Part shown: one piece after another, positions 19,567 through 29,535 of the stretch
Numbering within the stretch: position 1 is the first letter of the stretch
Layout of the letters: each line of letters opens with the position of its first letter
Source of the DNA: Candidatus Latescibacterota bacterium
GTDB taxonomy: Bacteria > Latescibacterota > UBA2968 > GCA-2709665
Direction: 5' to 3'
Length of the DNA stretch: 64,000 bases
Assembly (NCBI GenBank): GCA_965226795.1
Contig: CBDDDZ010000003.1
Span: forward strand, 288,001 to 352,000
Made by a program: the position numbers and the translations under genes
Notes under the pieces: model-generated
What the model was told of the DNA's origin: nothing
The model's input: the letters and a program-made list of their open reading frames with translations, nothing else
Database searches by the model: none

Positions 19567-19648
19567 CCGGCAACCCGTACAACGTATCGGCGCTGGCGTC
19601 TGATCGGCGGGGTTGCATTGGTGATAACCGACCGCACGCTTCGCCAGA

Positions 19649-22384
19649 TCAGTGTGCGTCGAGCCAGTTGGCCCCCGTGCCCATCTCAACGACGATGGGA
19701 ACATGCATCGGAATGGCGGTCTTCATCCCGTGTTCAACAATGGGAGGGAGGACATCCGCTTCGTCTCTATGCATATCGAAGACCAGTTCGTCGTGGACCT
19801 GCAGGAGCATTCGGGATCTTAGTTCCCGTTCCAGAATCTCGCGATGTATATGGCTCATCGCAAGTTTTATCATGTCCGCCGCCGTGCCCTGGATGCGTGA
19901 GTTGATGGCGTTTCGCTCTTCTCCCTTTCGCGTGGTGGCGTTTCGGGAGTTGATGTCTCTCAGGTAGCGGCGGCGGCCGGTGACCGTTTCCACGTAACCG
20001 TTTTCGCGGGCGAACTCGATGGTTTCGTTCATGTAGGATCGAATTCCAGGGAACTGATCGAAGTAGTGGGCGATAAGGTCCGCGGCGTGCTTGCGTGAAA
20101 TGTCCAGACGATCGGCAAGGCCGAAGGCGGAAATGCCGTAGATGATGCCGAAGTTGACGGTCTTCGCGTGCCGTCGCATATCTTCGGTTGCCCCATCGAT
20201 GCCGTAGATTCTTTCAGCGGTCGCGGTATGGATATCTCCGCCTTGTCTGAAAACTTCCATCAGGGCTTCGTCACCGCTGAGTTCGGCGGCCACCCGGAGT
20301 TCGATCTGGGAGTAGTCGGCGGCAAGCAACACGTGGTCTTCGTCTCTGGGCACGAAGGCTTTTCGGATTTCCCGGCCCATTTCGGTTCGGATGGGAATAT
20401 TCTGCATGTTCGGTCCGTGAGACTGCAGCCGGCCCGTGGCGGCAACCGCCGCCTCGTAGTTGGTATGGATGCGGCCCGTGGGTTTGAAAATCGATCCCGG
20501 CAACTGGTCGACGTAGGTGGATTTCAATTTCGTACACATCCGGTAGAACATCACCTGTCCCACGATCTCATGTTTGTACGCCAGCCGCCGCAGCACCTGC
20601 TCCGTGGTCTGGTACTGTTTGGTTCTGGCCGTGCGGCGCGCATTCGGGTCGAGTTTCAGTTTGTCGAAGAGAATGTCGCCCAGTTGCCTGGGGGAGTTGA
20701 GATCGAAGCGTTCTCCCGCGAGCTGGAAGATCTGTTCCCTGGCCCGATCGATTTCACCAGAGAGACCTTCGGACAAATCTCGCAGCACCCTGGCTTCGCA
20801 CCGGATGCCTTCGTATTCCATTTCGACAAGGGCCGGAATGAGCGGGCATTCCACGTCCCTGAACACCCGCACCTGGCCCATTTCTTCAAGCCTGGACCTC
20901 AGGACTTCGCTCAACTGAAGGGTAATGTCCGCATCCTCAGCCGCATAAGTGGTTACCTGGTCCATGGAGACGTCCGCCAGGCTCAACTGGTCCTCGCCCT
21001 TTTCACCGATAAGGTCGGATATTGGAATGGGGCGGTATCCGAGAAGCGCTTCGGAGAGATAGTCCATTGTGCGGCGAAGGTCCGGCGTTGCCAGGTAGGC
21101 GGCGAGCATGGTGTCGAACAGAGGGCCCTTCACTCGAAAGCCTTTCCAGCGCAATACGCTAAGATCGAACTTCAGGTGGTGGCCGATTTTTTCAATTTCC
21201 GGATTCTCGAGAACCGGACGAAACGCTTCGAGGATTTCGGGCGCCTCGTCGGGGACCTCTGGCAGAGGCACGTAGAATCCGGTATGCGCCTTGTAGGAAA
21301 AGGCCAGGCCGATCAGTTCGCATTTCTTCGGATTCAACCCCGTGGTTTCAATGTCGAAACAGAAGGCCTTCTGTTGACTCAACGCGGCGATCAGTTCACC
21401 GCGAGATTCCGCGGTATCCACCAGCTTGTAGTCGTGCTCGACGTCTTCATGGGTTCGAATCTCGCCTCCGCCCTCATCGGTGGCGGCCGTGGGACCCGCC
21501 GTGAACGATTCGCCAAACAGGCGTTGCCCGAGCGTATCGAACTCGAGTTCGATAAACAGCGCTTTCAACCTTTCTTCGTCCCAGTCCCCACGTTCCAGGT
21601 CGTCCGGTTTGACGTCCAGCGCCACGTCGCGTTCAATGGTGACCAGTTCTTTCGAAAGCAGCGCCTGGTCCCGGTGTTCTTCGACACGTTCTTTCTGCTT
21701 TCCTTTAAGTTCGTCTATATGGTCAAGCAGGTTCTCGATGCTTCCATACTTTCCGATCAGTTTCTGAGCTGTCTTTTCCCCCACCCCCGGGACGCCGGGC
21801 ACGTTGTCTGAACTGTCGCCCATGAGGCCCAGGATGTCAATGACTTGGTCCACGCGTTCGATCTGCCATCTTTCCAGGATTTCCTTCACGCCCTGAACTT
21901 CCACGTCGCCTGTGCGCCCGGGTTTACACACAAAGGTGCTGTCCGAGACCAGTTGGCCGTAGTCCTTGTCAGGCGTAACCATATAGGTGACAAAACCGGC
22001 CTCTTCCGCCTGTTTGGCGAGCGTCCCGATCACGTCGTCCGCCTCCCAACCCGGTACCCTGACAACGGGAAGGTTGAACGCTTCACACAGGCGGAAGACA
22101 TAGGGAAGCGCCGCGCTGAGATCTTCCGGCATAGACTCACGCTGCGCCTTGTATTCCGGGTACATCCTGTGCCTGTGGGTTGGCTCGGGCGTGTCGAACA
22201 CAACGCCGATATGGGTAGGGTCCGCGTTGGCCAGAATATCCAGCAGGGTGTTGGTGAGCACGAAGACGGTGGATGTATTCAGACCTGTGGAGGACATGCG
22301 GGGGTTGCGGATCATGGAAAAATGGGCACGGTAAACCAGCGCCATTCCGTCCAGCAGGTAGAGCTTTTTGTCTGTGTCGCTCAT
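19649..22384 (-). CDS. polA: DNA polymerase I
   Basis: 5'-3' exonuclease (LLDGMAL, EADDVIG), 3'-5' exonuclease (DIET, YAAEDAD), polymerase motifs DYSQIELR, AKTVNFGIIYG, QVHDEL; ATG 22384. Confidence 0.98.
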   Translation of the reverse strand: MSDTDKKLYLLDGMALVYRAHFSMIRNPRMSSTGLNTSTVFVLTNTLLDILANADPTHIGVVFDTPEPTHRHRMYPEYKAQRESMPEDLSAALPYVFRLCEAFNLPVVRVPGWEADDVIGTLAKQAEEAGFVTYMVTPDKDYGQLVSDSTFVCKPGRTGDVEVQGVKEILERWQIERVDQVIDILGLMGDSSDNVPGVPGVGEKTAQKLIGKYGSIENLLDHIDELKGKQKERVEEHRDQALLSKELVTIERDVALDVKPDDLERGDWDEERLKALFIELEFDTLGQRLFGESFTAGPTAATDEGGGEIRTHEDVEHDYKLVDTAESRGELIAALSQQKAFCFDIETTGLNPKKCELIGLAFSYKAHTGFYVPLPEVPDEAPEILEAFRPVLENPEIEKIGHHLKFDLSVLRWKGFRVKGPLFDTMLAAYLATPDLRRTMDYLSEALLGYRPIPISDLIGEKGEDQLSLADVSMDQVTTYAAEDADITLQLSEVLRSRLEEMGQVRVFRDVECPLIPALVEMEYEGIRCEARVLRDLSEGLSGEIDRAREQIFQLAGERFDLNSPRQLGDILFDKLKLDPNARRTARTKQYQTTEQVLRRLAYKHEIVGQVMFYRMCTKLKSTYVDQLPGSIFKPTGRIHTNYEAAVAATGRLQSHGPNMQNIPIRTEMGREIRKAFVPRDEDHVLLAADYSQIELRVAAELSGDEALMEVFRQGGDIHTATAERIYGIDGATEDMRRHAKTVNFGIIYGISAFGLADRLDISRKHAADLIAHYFDQFPGIRSYMNETIEFARENGYVETVTGRRRYLRDINSRNATTRKGEERNAINSRIQGTAADMIKLAMSHIHREILERELRSRMLLQVHDELVFDMHRDEADVLPPIVEHGMKTAIPMHVPIVVEMGTGANWLDAH

Positions 22385-22532
22385 TGTTTTCTCCCGACCC
22401 CGGGATCGCCGGCATGGAACGGAACCGGGGTCCTCATTTCGCTTGCGAACGCCTTTCACGCAACCTACTTTATTGCGTTGATTGACAAGGCCGTTGCACG
22501 GTGACAGGACTTTCCCATGGAGGATCTAAACA

Positions 22533-23651
22533 GTGAAGTTTGATAGACGTAATTTTCTCAAGAAGGCATCCGGCGCGGTTGCCGGCGGCGCTGCGGTTCT
22601 GGCGGGTTGCAGCCCCGCATCAAACGAAAAATCGGATGCACCCGCCGTGCACACCAACAAAAAATACGAATGGAAAATGGTAACGACCTGGCCGCCGCAT
22701 TTTCCCATTCTCGGCGAAGGCGCGGATCTGCTGGCCAAATGGATCGGCGAGATGTCCGGCGGGCAACTGAAGATTACGGTTTACGGCGGTGGCGAGTTGA
22801 TTCCGCCGCTCCAAGGTTTCGATGCCGTCACCCAGGGAACCGTCGAGATGTGCCACGGCGCCGCGTACTATTGGGCCGGCAAAGCGCCTGCTACACAGTT
22901 TTTTGCGGCGGTTCCATTTGGAATGAACGGACAACAGCTCAATGCCTGGATCTACAGTGGCGGGGGGTTGGAGCTCTGGCAGGAGCTATATGCCCCGTTC
23001 AACCTTATCGCGATGCCGGTGGGTAATACCGGCGTTCAAATGGGCGGCTGGTACAATCGAGAAATGAACAGTATCGCCGATTTTCACGGCCTGAAGATGC
23101 GGATCCCGGGCCTCGGCGGCAAGGTAATTGCAAAGGCCGGAGGATCCGCCGTGCTTTCGGCCGGAGGCGAGATCTACACCAACCTGGAACGCGGCGTCAT
23201 CGATGCGACTGAATGGATCGGACCCTATCATGACTTCCTGATGGGATTCTTCAGGGCAGCGAAATATTATTACTTTCCGGGATGGCACGAGCCGGGTACC
23301 GCGCTTGAGTTGATCGTCAACAAGCCCGCGTTCGAGCAACTGCCAACCGATCTTCAACGGATTGTGGAGGCGGCCGCAGCCCAATCAAACGCATGGATGC
23401 TTTCAGAATTCGAGGCCAAAAACAGTGTCTATCTCCAGAAGCTCACCAAAGAACACAACGTTGAGTTGCGAAGGTTTCCGGACGAGGTTCTCGAGACGCT
23501 GCGCCGGTATTCCGTGGAGGTCGAAAACGAGGTGGCTGCAGCCGATCCGATGAGCAAAAAGGTATACGGTTCTTTTGACGCGTTTAGGAAAAAAATCACC
23601 CCATGGGCGGCGCTCTCGGAGAAGCTCTATTATTCCGCTATCGGCGGATAG
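22533..23651 (+). CDS. dctP: TRAP transporter substrate-binding protein (DctP/TakP-like), Tat lipoprotein
   Basis: DRRNFLK Tat motif, LAGC lipobox, GLKMRIPGLGG, YYFPGWHEPG. Confidence 0.92.
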   Translation: MKFDRRNFLKKASGAVAGGAAVLAGCSPASNEKSDAPAVHTNKKYEWKMVTTWPPHFPILGEGADLLAKWIGEMSGGQLKITVYGGGELIPPLQGFDAVTQGTVEMCHGAAYYWAGKAPATQFFAAVPFGMNGQQLNAWIYSGGGLELWQELYAPFNLIAMPVGNTGVQMGGWYNREMNSIADFHGLKMRIPGLGGKVIAKAGGSAVLSAGGEIYTNLERGVIDATEWIGPYHDFLMGFFRAAKYYYFPGWHEPGTALELIVNKPAFEQLPTDLQRIVEAAAAQSNAWMLSEFEAKNSVYLQKLTKEHNVELRRFPDEVLETLRRYSVEVENEVAAADPMSKKVYGSFDAFRKKITPWAALSEKLYYSAIGG

Positions 23652-23681
23652 CGATCGTTTGCGACGGAAGTCGTGTTTCAG

Positions 23682-23715
23682 GGGGACGCGTGCAAAACGC
23701 GTCCCCTTCTTGTTT
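23682..23715 (+). terminator. Intrinsic terminator hairpin between dctP and dctM
   Basis: GGGGACGCGT-GCAAA-ACGCGTCCCC followed by TTCTTGTTT. Confidence 0.65.
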
Positions 23716-23723
23716 CGGCTTCA

Positions 23724-25043
23724 TCAGGACGCCAGGTATCGGGGCAGCCATGTAGCCACTTCAGGAAAGACGATGACCAGGGTGAGGCCGATGAGCTGGA
23801 CGATGATAAAGGGAATGATGCCACGATAGATGTGTCCGGTCCGAACTTCAGGCGGCGCGACGCCTTTCAGGTAAAACAGGGAGAATCCGAAGGGCGGGGT
23901 CAGAAAAGAGGTTTGCAGATTCATGGCGATGAGGATACCCACCCAAAGAAGATCTACACCCAGGTGTGTGAATATCGGCGCGACAACCGGAACGATGATG
24001 AACGTAATCTCGATGAAATCTATGAAAAATCCGGCGACAAAAATGACGACCATAACCAGTGCGAGGAAAACATGAAGCCCCGGGTCGGCTTCCACGATCA
24101 ATTGCGTGAGGTACACGTCGCCACGCATTCCCCTGAATGCAAGGCCGAAGGCGGTGGCGCCGACCAGTATGATGAAAACCATGCAGGTGAGATGGGTGGT
24201 CTCGGCCATAACGGACTTGAGGGTTTCGAGCGATAGTTTGCGCTTGCACAGCGTGAGGACGGTGGCGCCGAGGGCGCCCACGGCGGCGGCTTCGGTGGGA
24301 GAAGCGATACCCGCAAAGATGGAACCCAGGACGGCCGCGATCAGCAGGCCGGGAAGGAGAAACGCGTGGATGGTCTGTTTGATTCTGACGGCGCCCACAA
24401 ACCGGTCCAGGTCCTCCTTGGGCATTGCCGGCGCGGAGTCCGGCTTCGCGACGGCGACAATTACGATCCAGATAAGGTAGAGACCCACGAGGCAAAGGCC
24501 AGGGATGACGGCGGCAATAAACATCTCTCCAATGGAGATATTCAGGACACTTCCCAGCAGCACCAGGACGATGCTGGGTGGAATAATCTGACCCAGAGTG
24601 CCGGATGCGGAGATGATACCGGTGGCGAATTCGGTTCGGTAACCACGTCTGAGCATGGTTGGCAGGCTCAGGAGACCCATGGTGACAACGGTTGCCCCGA
24701 CGATGCCGGTCGATGCGCCAAGGAGGGCGCCCACCACAAGAACCGATATGGCAAGGCCGCCACGCAACTTGCCGAAGAGCAGGGCCATCGTTTCCAGCAG
24801 TTCCTCGGCAAGGCCGGATTTTTCGAGCATGACGCCCATATAGACGAACAGAGGGACGGCGATGAGCACGTAGTTGGTCATCACGCCCCAGATGCGCAGG
24901 GGCAACAGATTGAAGAAATCGATGCCGAACGTGAGATAACCCAGGATGAAGGAAACGCCGCCCAGTGTGAACGCGACGGGGAAACCGAACAGGAGTAGCA
25001 CAAAAAGGACCCCGAACAGAATGAGCGGCATGGCTTCCATCAA
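23724..25043 (-). CDS. dctM: TRAP transporter large permease
   Basis: [34 protein letters not shown]; many TM segments. Confidence 0.95.
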   Translation of the reverse strand: MMEAMPLILFGVLFVLLLFGFPVAFTLGGVSFILGYLTFGIDFFNLLPLRIWGVMTNYVLIAVPLFVYMGVMLEKSGLAEELLETMALLFGKLRGGLAISVLVVGALLGASTGIVGATVVTMGLLSLPTMLRRGYRTEFATGIISASGTLGQIIPPSIVLVLLGSVLNISIGEMFIAAVIPGLCLVGLYLIWIVIVAVAKPDSAPAMPKEDLDRFVGAVRIKQTIHAFLLPGLLIAAVLGSIFAGIASPTEAAAVGALGATVLTLCKRKLSLETLKSVMAETTHLTCMVFIILVGATAFGLAFRGMRGDVYLTQLIVEADPGLHVFLALVMVVIFVAGFFIDFIEITFIIVPVVAPIFTHLGVDLLWVGILIAMNLQTSFLTPPFGFSLFYLKGVAPPEVRTGHIYRGIIPFIIVQLIGLTLVIVFPEVATWLPRYLAS

Positions 25044-25588
25044 GTGTCCGCCCCCTGCTGTTCGGTTTCAGGGTCGATTGCGTGGTTGCCCGCGATTTTA
25101 AGCAGCGAACCAAATGCCAGCGCCAGGCCCTGTAAGGTCAGCAGGAAAAAGCCTGCGGGAATGGCGGCTTTGAGGATAAACCGCGCGGGCAGTCCGCCGG
25201 GATCGGGCGAACCTTCGCCGAAAAGGTAGGCGTTGATGACGAACGTATGGGAACACCAGATGGCGACGAGGCAGAAAGGTATGAGAAAGAGCAGGCTTCC
25301 GACGAAGTCCACCCATGCCCTGGTTTTTTCCGAAAAGCGACTGTAAAAGACATCCACACGCACATGCTTGCCATGTTTCAAGGTATAGGCCGCGCCTATC
25401 AGGAAAATGACGGCAAACAGGTGCCATTGCAGTTCTTGCACCGCCACCAGGCTGCTTTGCAGCAGATAACGCGTAAACACGTCGTAACAGACAACAGCCA
25501 CCAGGACCGTCGTGAGCCATGATACGGCAACGCCGACGCGTTCATTCAATCGGTTCGCAAAACAAATATAGGCACGCAGGAAATGCAA
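25040..25588 (-). CDS. dctQ: TRAP transporter small permease
   Basis: [16 protein letters not shown]; 4 TM segments; overlaps the dctM start. Confidence 0.92.
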   Translation of the reverse strand: MHFLRAYICFANRLNERVGVAVSWLTTVLVAVVCYDVFTRYLLQSSLVAVQELQWHLFAVIFLIGAAYTLKHGKHVRVDVFYSRFSEKTRAWVDFVGSLLFLIPFCLVAIWCSHTFVINAYLFGEGSPDPGGLPARFILKAAIPAGFFLLTLQGLALAFGSLLKIAGNHAIDPETEQQGADT

Positions 25589-25898
25589 AGAAGGGATTCC
25601 CCACAGCGGTTCAGAACTGAAAAGTGGACCCGCGCGGCATGGTCGCCAGGAAGTTGATTTCTCAGCTTAAATTAAGAACGGCCCCAGTCGTTTGCAAAGA
25701 AAAAAGCGTTGCCATCAAGACATCTTTTCGTTTCTTTGCCGCGTGGAAACATTCGTCCCGTGTGCCATTTGCCACTGAACTTCGGGTTTGCGGGGCGTGT
25801 CTGCGCAGGTGCCGTTATTGCACGGGCGGTTGCTTTGCGTTTGTTCCCGCCATCGCTGAATATGACGGGAGAACTCAGGCATTGATTCTTCGTACATA

Positions 25899-26085
25899 AG
25901 TATTCTGTCCCGGAAATAGATTGCCGAAATCCGGCCGCCGAGCTGCCCGGCTCGCAAGGCGCCTGAGCGAGGCGGCCTGTGGAAGGTCGGCGAGAGAAGG
26001 CACTTCGACAAGCTCAGCGCAAGCAACGCAGCGAGACGGGATGAACCGGCGGAAGAATGGCGACGTATTTCCGGATCGGAACACT
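25899..26085. mobile_element. MITE-like element family B, copy 1 (carries a ~31-nt insert)
   Basis: About 20-bp imperfect TIRs AGTATTCTGTCCCGGAAATA / TATTTCCGGATCGGAACACT; homologous to 35607-35709 and 52831-52986. Confidence 0.8.
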
Positions 26086-26211
26086 TTATTCGGCCAGACT
26101 TGGATGTGAGATGCGGGTATCGACCAATATGCAAGAATCGTCTTCCGGCGTGCTCCGGAATCCCGCGAAAGCAGTGATTCAGGTTCATGCGCTGTTGAGG
26201 AGCCCTCTGCA

Positions 26212-28068
26212 ATGCGAAACATTGGTAGCTTGACCCTGCTGGTCGCGTTCCTCTTCGCGGCGATGCCCGTTCACGCGCAGGAGAAAGTGCGAGTGAGCAC
26301 GGCCTGGCCGGTGGACGGGGCGCGGCCGGGTGAACTCGTGGCGCTGGCCATCGTGGTGGATATCGACGAAGGATTTCATGTCAACCCGGATCCCGCACAG
26401 GTGGTGGTCGTGGGCGATTTTGAACCGTATCCGACAGACGTGCGCATCCTCGAAGCGGCGAGTGGACTGACGCTGGAAGCCGTTCGTTTCCCGAAGCCGC
26501 ATCCCATACAGGCCGATTACGCGGACGGCGATCTGATGGTGTTCGAGGGCCGAACGGTTTTTTTCCTCCCCATTAAGGTGGGCGAAGAGGTAAAGCCCGG
26601 ATCTCAGTGCCTTAAACTGGAGGTGGAGTACCAGGCTTGCGACGCGTACACGTGTTTCATACCCAGAACGGTCGTGCTGGAGGCGCCGCTGGAGATCGTG
26701 GACGCCAACCAACCTGTAAACCGGGTGAATTCCGGGTTGTTCGAAGGGTATGGTACGGCCGGCGCCGTTTCCGGAGGAAGCGGTGTGCGCTTCGATCTGT
26801 TCGGCTGGACATTTTCCATCGATACATCATCCGCGACAGGGCTGATCCTGCTCCTGATTGTGGCTGCTCTCGGCGGCGGGCTGCTGAATCTGACGCCGTG
26901 CGTGCTTCCGGTGATTCCCATCAAAATTATCGGGCTGGCGCAGGCGTCGGAGAGCCAGGCACGACGTCTTGTACTGGGAACGTCGATGTCGCTGGGCGTG
27001 GTGGCTTTCTGGCTTGCGCTGGGGACGATGATTGCGGGCGTCAGCGGGTTTACTGCCACCAATCAGCTTTTTCAGTATCCGCTGTTTACGATCCTTGTGG
27101 GGTTGACTATCGCCGTCATGGCCATTGGCATGTGCGGGCTGTTTTATATCCGGCTGCCGCAGACGGTGTACCGGTTCAATCCCGGTCAGGACAGCCTCAC
27201 GGGTTCGTTCGGCTTCGGCATGATGACGGCAGTGCTTTCCACCCCCTGCACAGCACCCTTTATGGGAGCGGCCGCGGCGTGGGCAGCGACACAATATCCG
27301 GCTACCACGCTGCTTACGTTTGCCTCGATCGGCGCCGGGATGGCCGCACCATATTTGGCGTTGTCGATATTTCCGGCGCTGGTAAACAGGATGCCCCGTA
27401 CCGGTCCGGCCAGCGAGTTGATCAAGCAGGTAATGGGACTGTTGATGCTCGCGGCGGCGGCCTATTTCGTGGGCGTCGGACTGAGCGCGCTTGTCGTCAC
27501 TCCGCCTGACCCGCCGGGGACGGGATACTGGTGGGCCGTGATGGCATTTGGCGCTGCCGCCGGGTCCTGGCTGGTTTACGGCATGTTACGGATCACCGCG
27601 CGGGCGGGAAGGCGCGCGGTTTTTGGCTGTCTGGGCGCGGCGCTTGTCGTTTTTTCCGCGGTCGGCGCCGTCCGATTCACGGATAAAGGGCCAATCGATT
27701 GGATTTACTATACGCCCGCGCGGTTGGAAGAGGTGCTTGAGGAGGGACGGGTTGTGGTGATGGACTTTACCGCGGAGTGGTGCCTGAACTGCAAAGTGCT
27801 GGAACACAACGTGCTGCAAAGCCCGGAAGTGGTGAAATTGCTGGCGCGGCCCGACGTGGCTGCAGTCAAGGTGGATATAACGGGCAATAACCCGGTCGGC
27901 AAGGAAAAGCTGCGAAAAACCGGCCGGTTGACCATCCCGTTGCTGGTGATCTATGCGCCGGACGGACGGGAGGTGTTCAAGAGCGATTTCTACACGGTTG
28001 ATCAGGTGGTGACGGCAGTGAATAGAGCCCGTGGAATGCTTGGATTCGGGCTTCCGGAAACACGGTGA
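26212..28068 (+). CDS. DsbD-like thiol:disulfide interchange protein
   Basis: N-domain YQACDAYTC, TM domain NLTPCVLP and STPCTAPF, thioredoxin DFTAEWCLNC. Confidence 0.92.
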   Translation: MRNIGSLTLLVAFLFAAMPVHAQEKVRVSTAWPVDGARPGELVALAIVVDIDEGFHVNPDPAQVVVVGDFEPYPTDVRILEAASGLTLEAVRFPKPHPIQADYADGDLMVFEGRTVFFLPIKVGEEVKPGSQCLKLEVEYQACDAYTCFIPRTVVLEAPLEIVDANQPVNRVNSGLFEGYGTAGAVSGGSGVRFDLFGWTFSIDTSSATGLILLLIVAALGGGLLNLTPCVLPVIPIKIIGLAQASESQARRLVLGTSMSLGVVAFWLALGTMIAGVSGFTATNQLFQYPLFTILVGLTIAVMAIGMCGLFYIRLPQTVYRFNPGQDSLTGSFGFGMMTAVLSTPCTAPFMGAAAAWAATQYPATTLLTFASIGAGMAAPYLALSIFPALVNRMPRTGPASELIKQVMGLLMLAAAAYFVGVGLSALVVTPPDPPGTGYWWAVMAFGAAAGSWLVYGMLRITARAGRRAVFGCLGAALVVFSAVGAVRFTDKGPIDWIYYTPARLEEVLEEGRVVVMDFTAEWCLNCKVLEHNVLQSPEVVKLLARPDVAAVKVDITGNNPVGKEKLRKTGRLTIPLLVIYAPDGREVFKSDFYTVDQVVTAVNRARGMLGFGLPETR

Positions 28069-28094
28069 AGACCGGCGTAAGAGGAGGTTGAAAA

Positions 28095-29528
28095 ATGGTC
28101 GCGACAAATCATCTTCTGACGGACGCGCAGATCCAGCGGTTTATTCTTGACGGTTACATTACGGTACAAACGGATGCAATCCCGGAAACTCACGGCAAGA
28201 TCCATGACCAGATCGAGACGGTATTTGAGAAAGAGGGCAACGTCGGCAACAATATTCTGCCCCGCGTTCCCCGGATCCAGGAGGTATTCGATCAGCCGGT
28301 GGTGCGTGGCGCGTTGACGAGCCTCCTCGGACCCGATTACATCATGAATCCGCATAGGCATTGCCATCTGAATCCGCCGGGCAGCAGGGGGCAGAGCTGG
28401 CACAAAGATTGTTACGTGTACGATCATAATATTCGACATTCACGATTTCAGTGGCTGCTGGCCTTTTACTATCCCCAGGATACAACGGCGGACATGGGAC
28501 CCTCGGGGGTGATTCCGCGCAAGCAGAACTACAAGACCCTTTCGAATGCCGGTCCGAAATCGGCCGTTGAGCCGGGGTATTCCATCTGCGGCGATGCCGG
28601 AATTGTCACATTGATGCATTTCGATTCATGGCACCGGGCGACGCCCAACGTGAGCAATAAAAAAAGGTATATGCTGAAGTTTCAGTTTACGCGCCTTCGC
28701 GAACCGCGGGCGCCCGCGTGGAACCACCGGAATGCAGCCTGGACGACCCCGGACGATGATGCCAACCCGGCTGTTTCCATGGATGTTTGGCGCTGGATGC
28801 GGGGACAGGCCGTCAACGGGCGTTCAGACGCGATTGGGGAGCTGAAGGAGGAAGGGCTGTTCGCCGGGGACGAGTGCGTGCGTGTAAACGCGGCATATGC
28901 GTTCGCCAAAGACAAGACATCGATACCTCTTCTCGTAGACGCGATGCGCAAGGAGACACTGGCTGCCATCGAGGAAACGACAGCGAAGACGGCTGACAAC
29001 GCTCACGGGACCAATCCCACGCCGGGAGCGGCTGCGCGGGCATTGTCAACCATGGGCGCGTCGGCTGTCCCCGCGCTACTGGAGGTGCTGAAGGACAATC
29101 ACTGGTGGATTCGCGCGATAGCGGCGGATGTGCTCGCCCGGACGGGGCCGGAGGCGCACACCGCAGTATCCGGCCTTCTCGAGAAGATAGGCGACGATCA
29201 CTGGTGGGTCCGTCGCAATGCGCTGGAAGCGTTGCGTTCCATCGGGGCAGATTCGGAGGATGTACTGCCTGCGGTGTTCCGGGCGGTAAAGGATCCCGAT
29301 TACCGGGTACGGCGCAACGCGGCGTTGGTGCTTTGCAACCTCGGCGAAGCGGGGGATCCGGCGGTAACTGACCTGGTAGACGTCCTGCGGGATGAGAATC
29401 GCTACAACCGGTTTTATGCGGGGCTGGCCCTGCGACGAATCGGTACGCCCCGGGCACGGAACGCCCTGCTGGATTCGCTGATGACGGCGCGGTGGTGTGC
29501 AGTCACGACGGCGGACGATCTCTATTGA
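28095..29528 (+). CDS. PhyH-family Fe(II)/2OG dioxygenase fused to HEAT repeats
   Basis: WHKD...WHRA facial triad; C-terminal WWIRAIAA, WWVRRNA, YRVRRNAA HEAT repeats. Confidence 0.85.
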   Translation: MVATNHLLTDAQIQRFILDGYITVQTDAIPETHGKIHDQIETVFEKEGNVGNNILPRVPRIQEVFDQPVVRGALTSLLGPDYIMNPHRHCHLNPPGSRGQSWHKDCYVYDHNIRHSRFQWLLAFYYPQDTTADMGPSGVIPRKQNYKTLSNAGPKSAVEPGYSICGDAGIVTLMHFDSWHRATPNVSNKKRYMLKFQFTRLREPRAPAWNHRNAAWTTPDDDANPAVSMDVWRWMRGQAVNGRSDAIGELKEEGLFAGDECVRVNAAYAFAKDKTSIPLLVDAMRKETLAAIEETTAKTADNAHGTNPTPGAAARALSTMGASAVPALLEVLKDNHWWIRAIAADVLARTGPEAHTAVSGLLEKIGDDHWWVRRNALEALRSIGADSEDVLPAVFRAVKDPDYRVRRNAALVLCNLGEAGDPAVTDLVDVLRDENRYNRFYAGLALRRIGTPRARNALLDSLMTARWCAVTTADDLY

Positions 29529-29535
29529 GCATCGT

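Noticed and set aside
20168..21811. 547-aa ORF on the + strand (similarly 47485-48927, 42116-43258, 41083-42135, 10970-11971)
   Set aside because: Antisense shadows of well-supported genes in GC-rich DNA, with no recognisable motifs.
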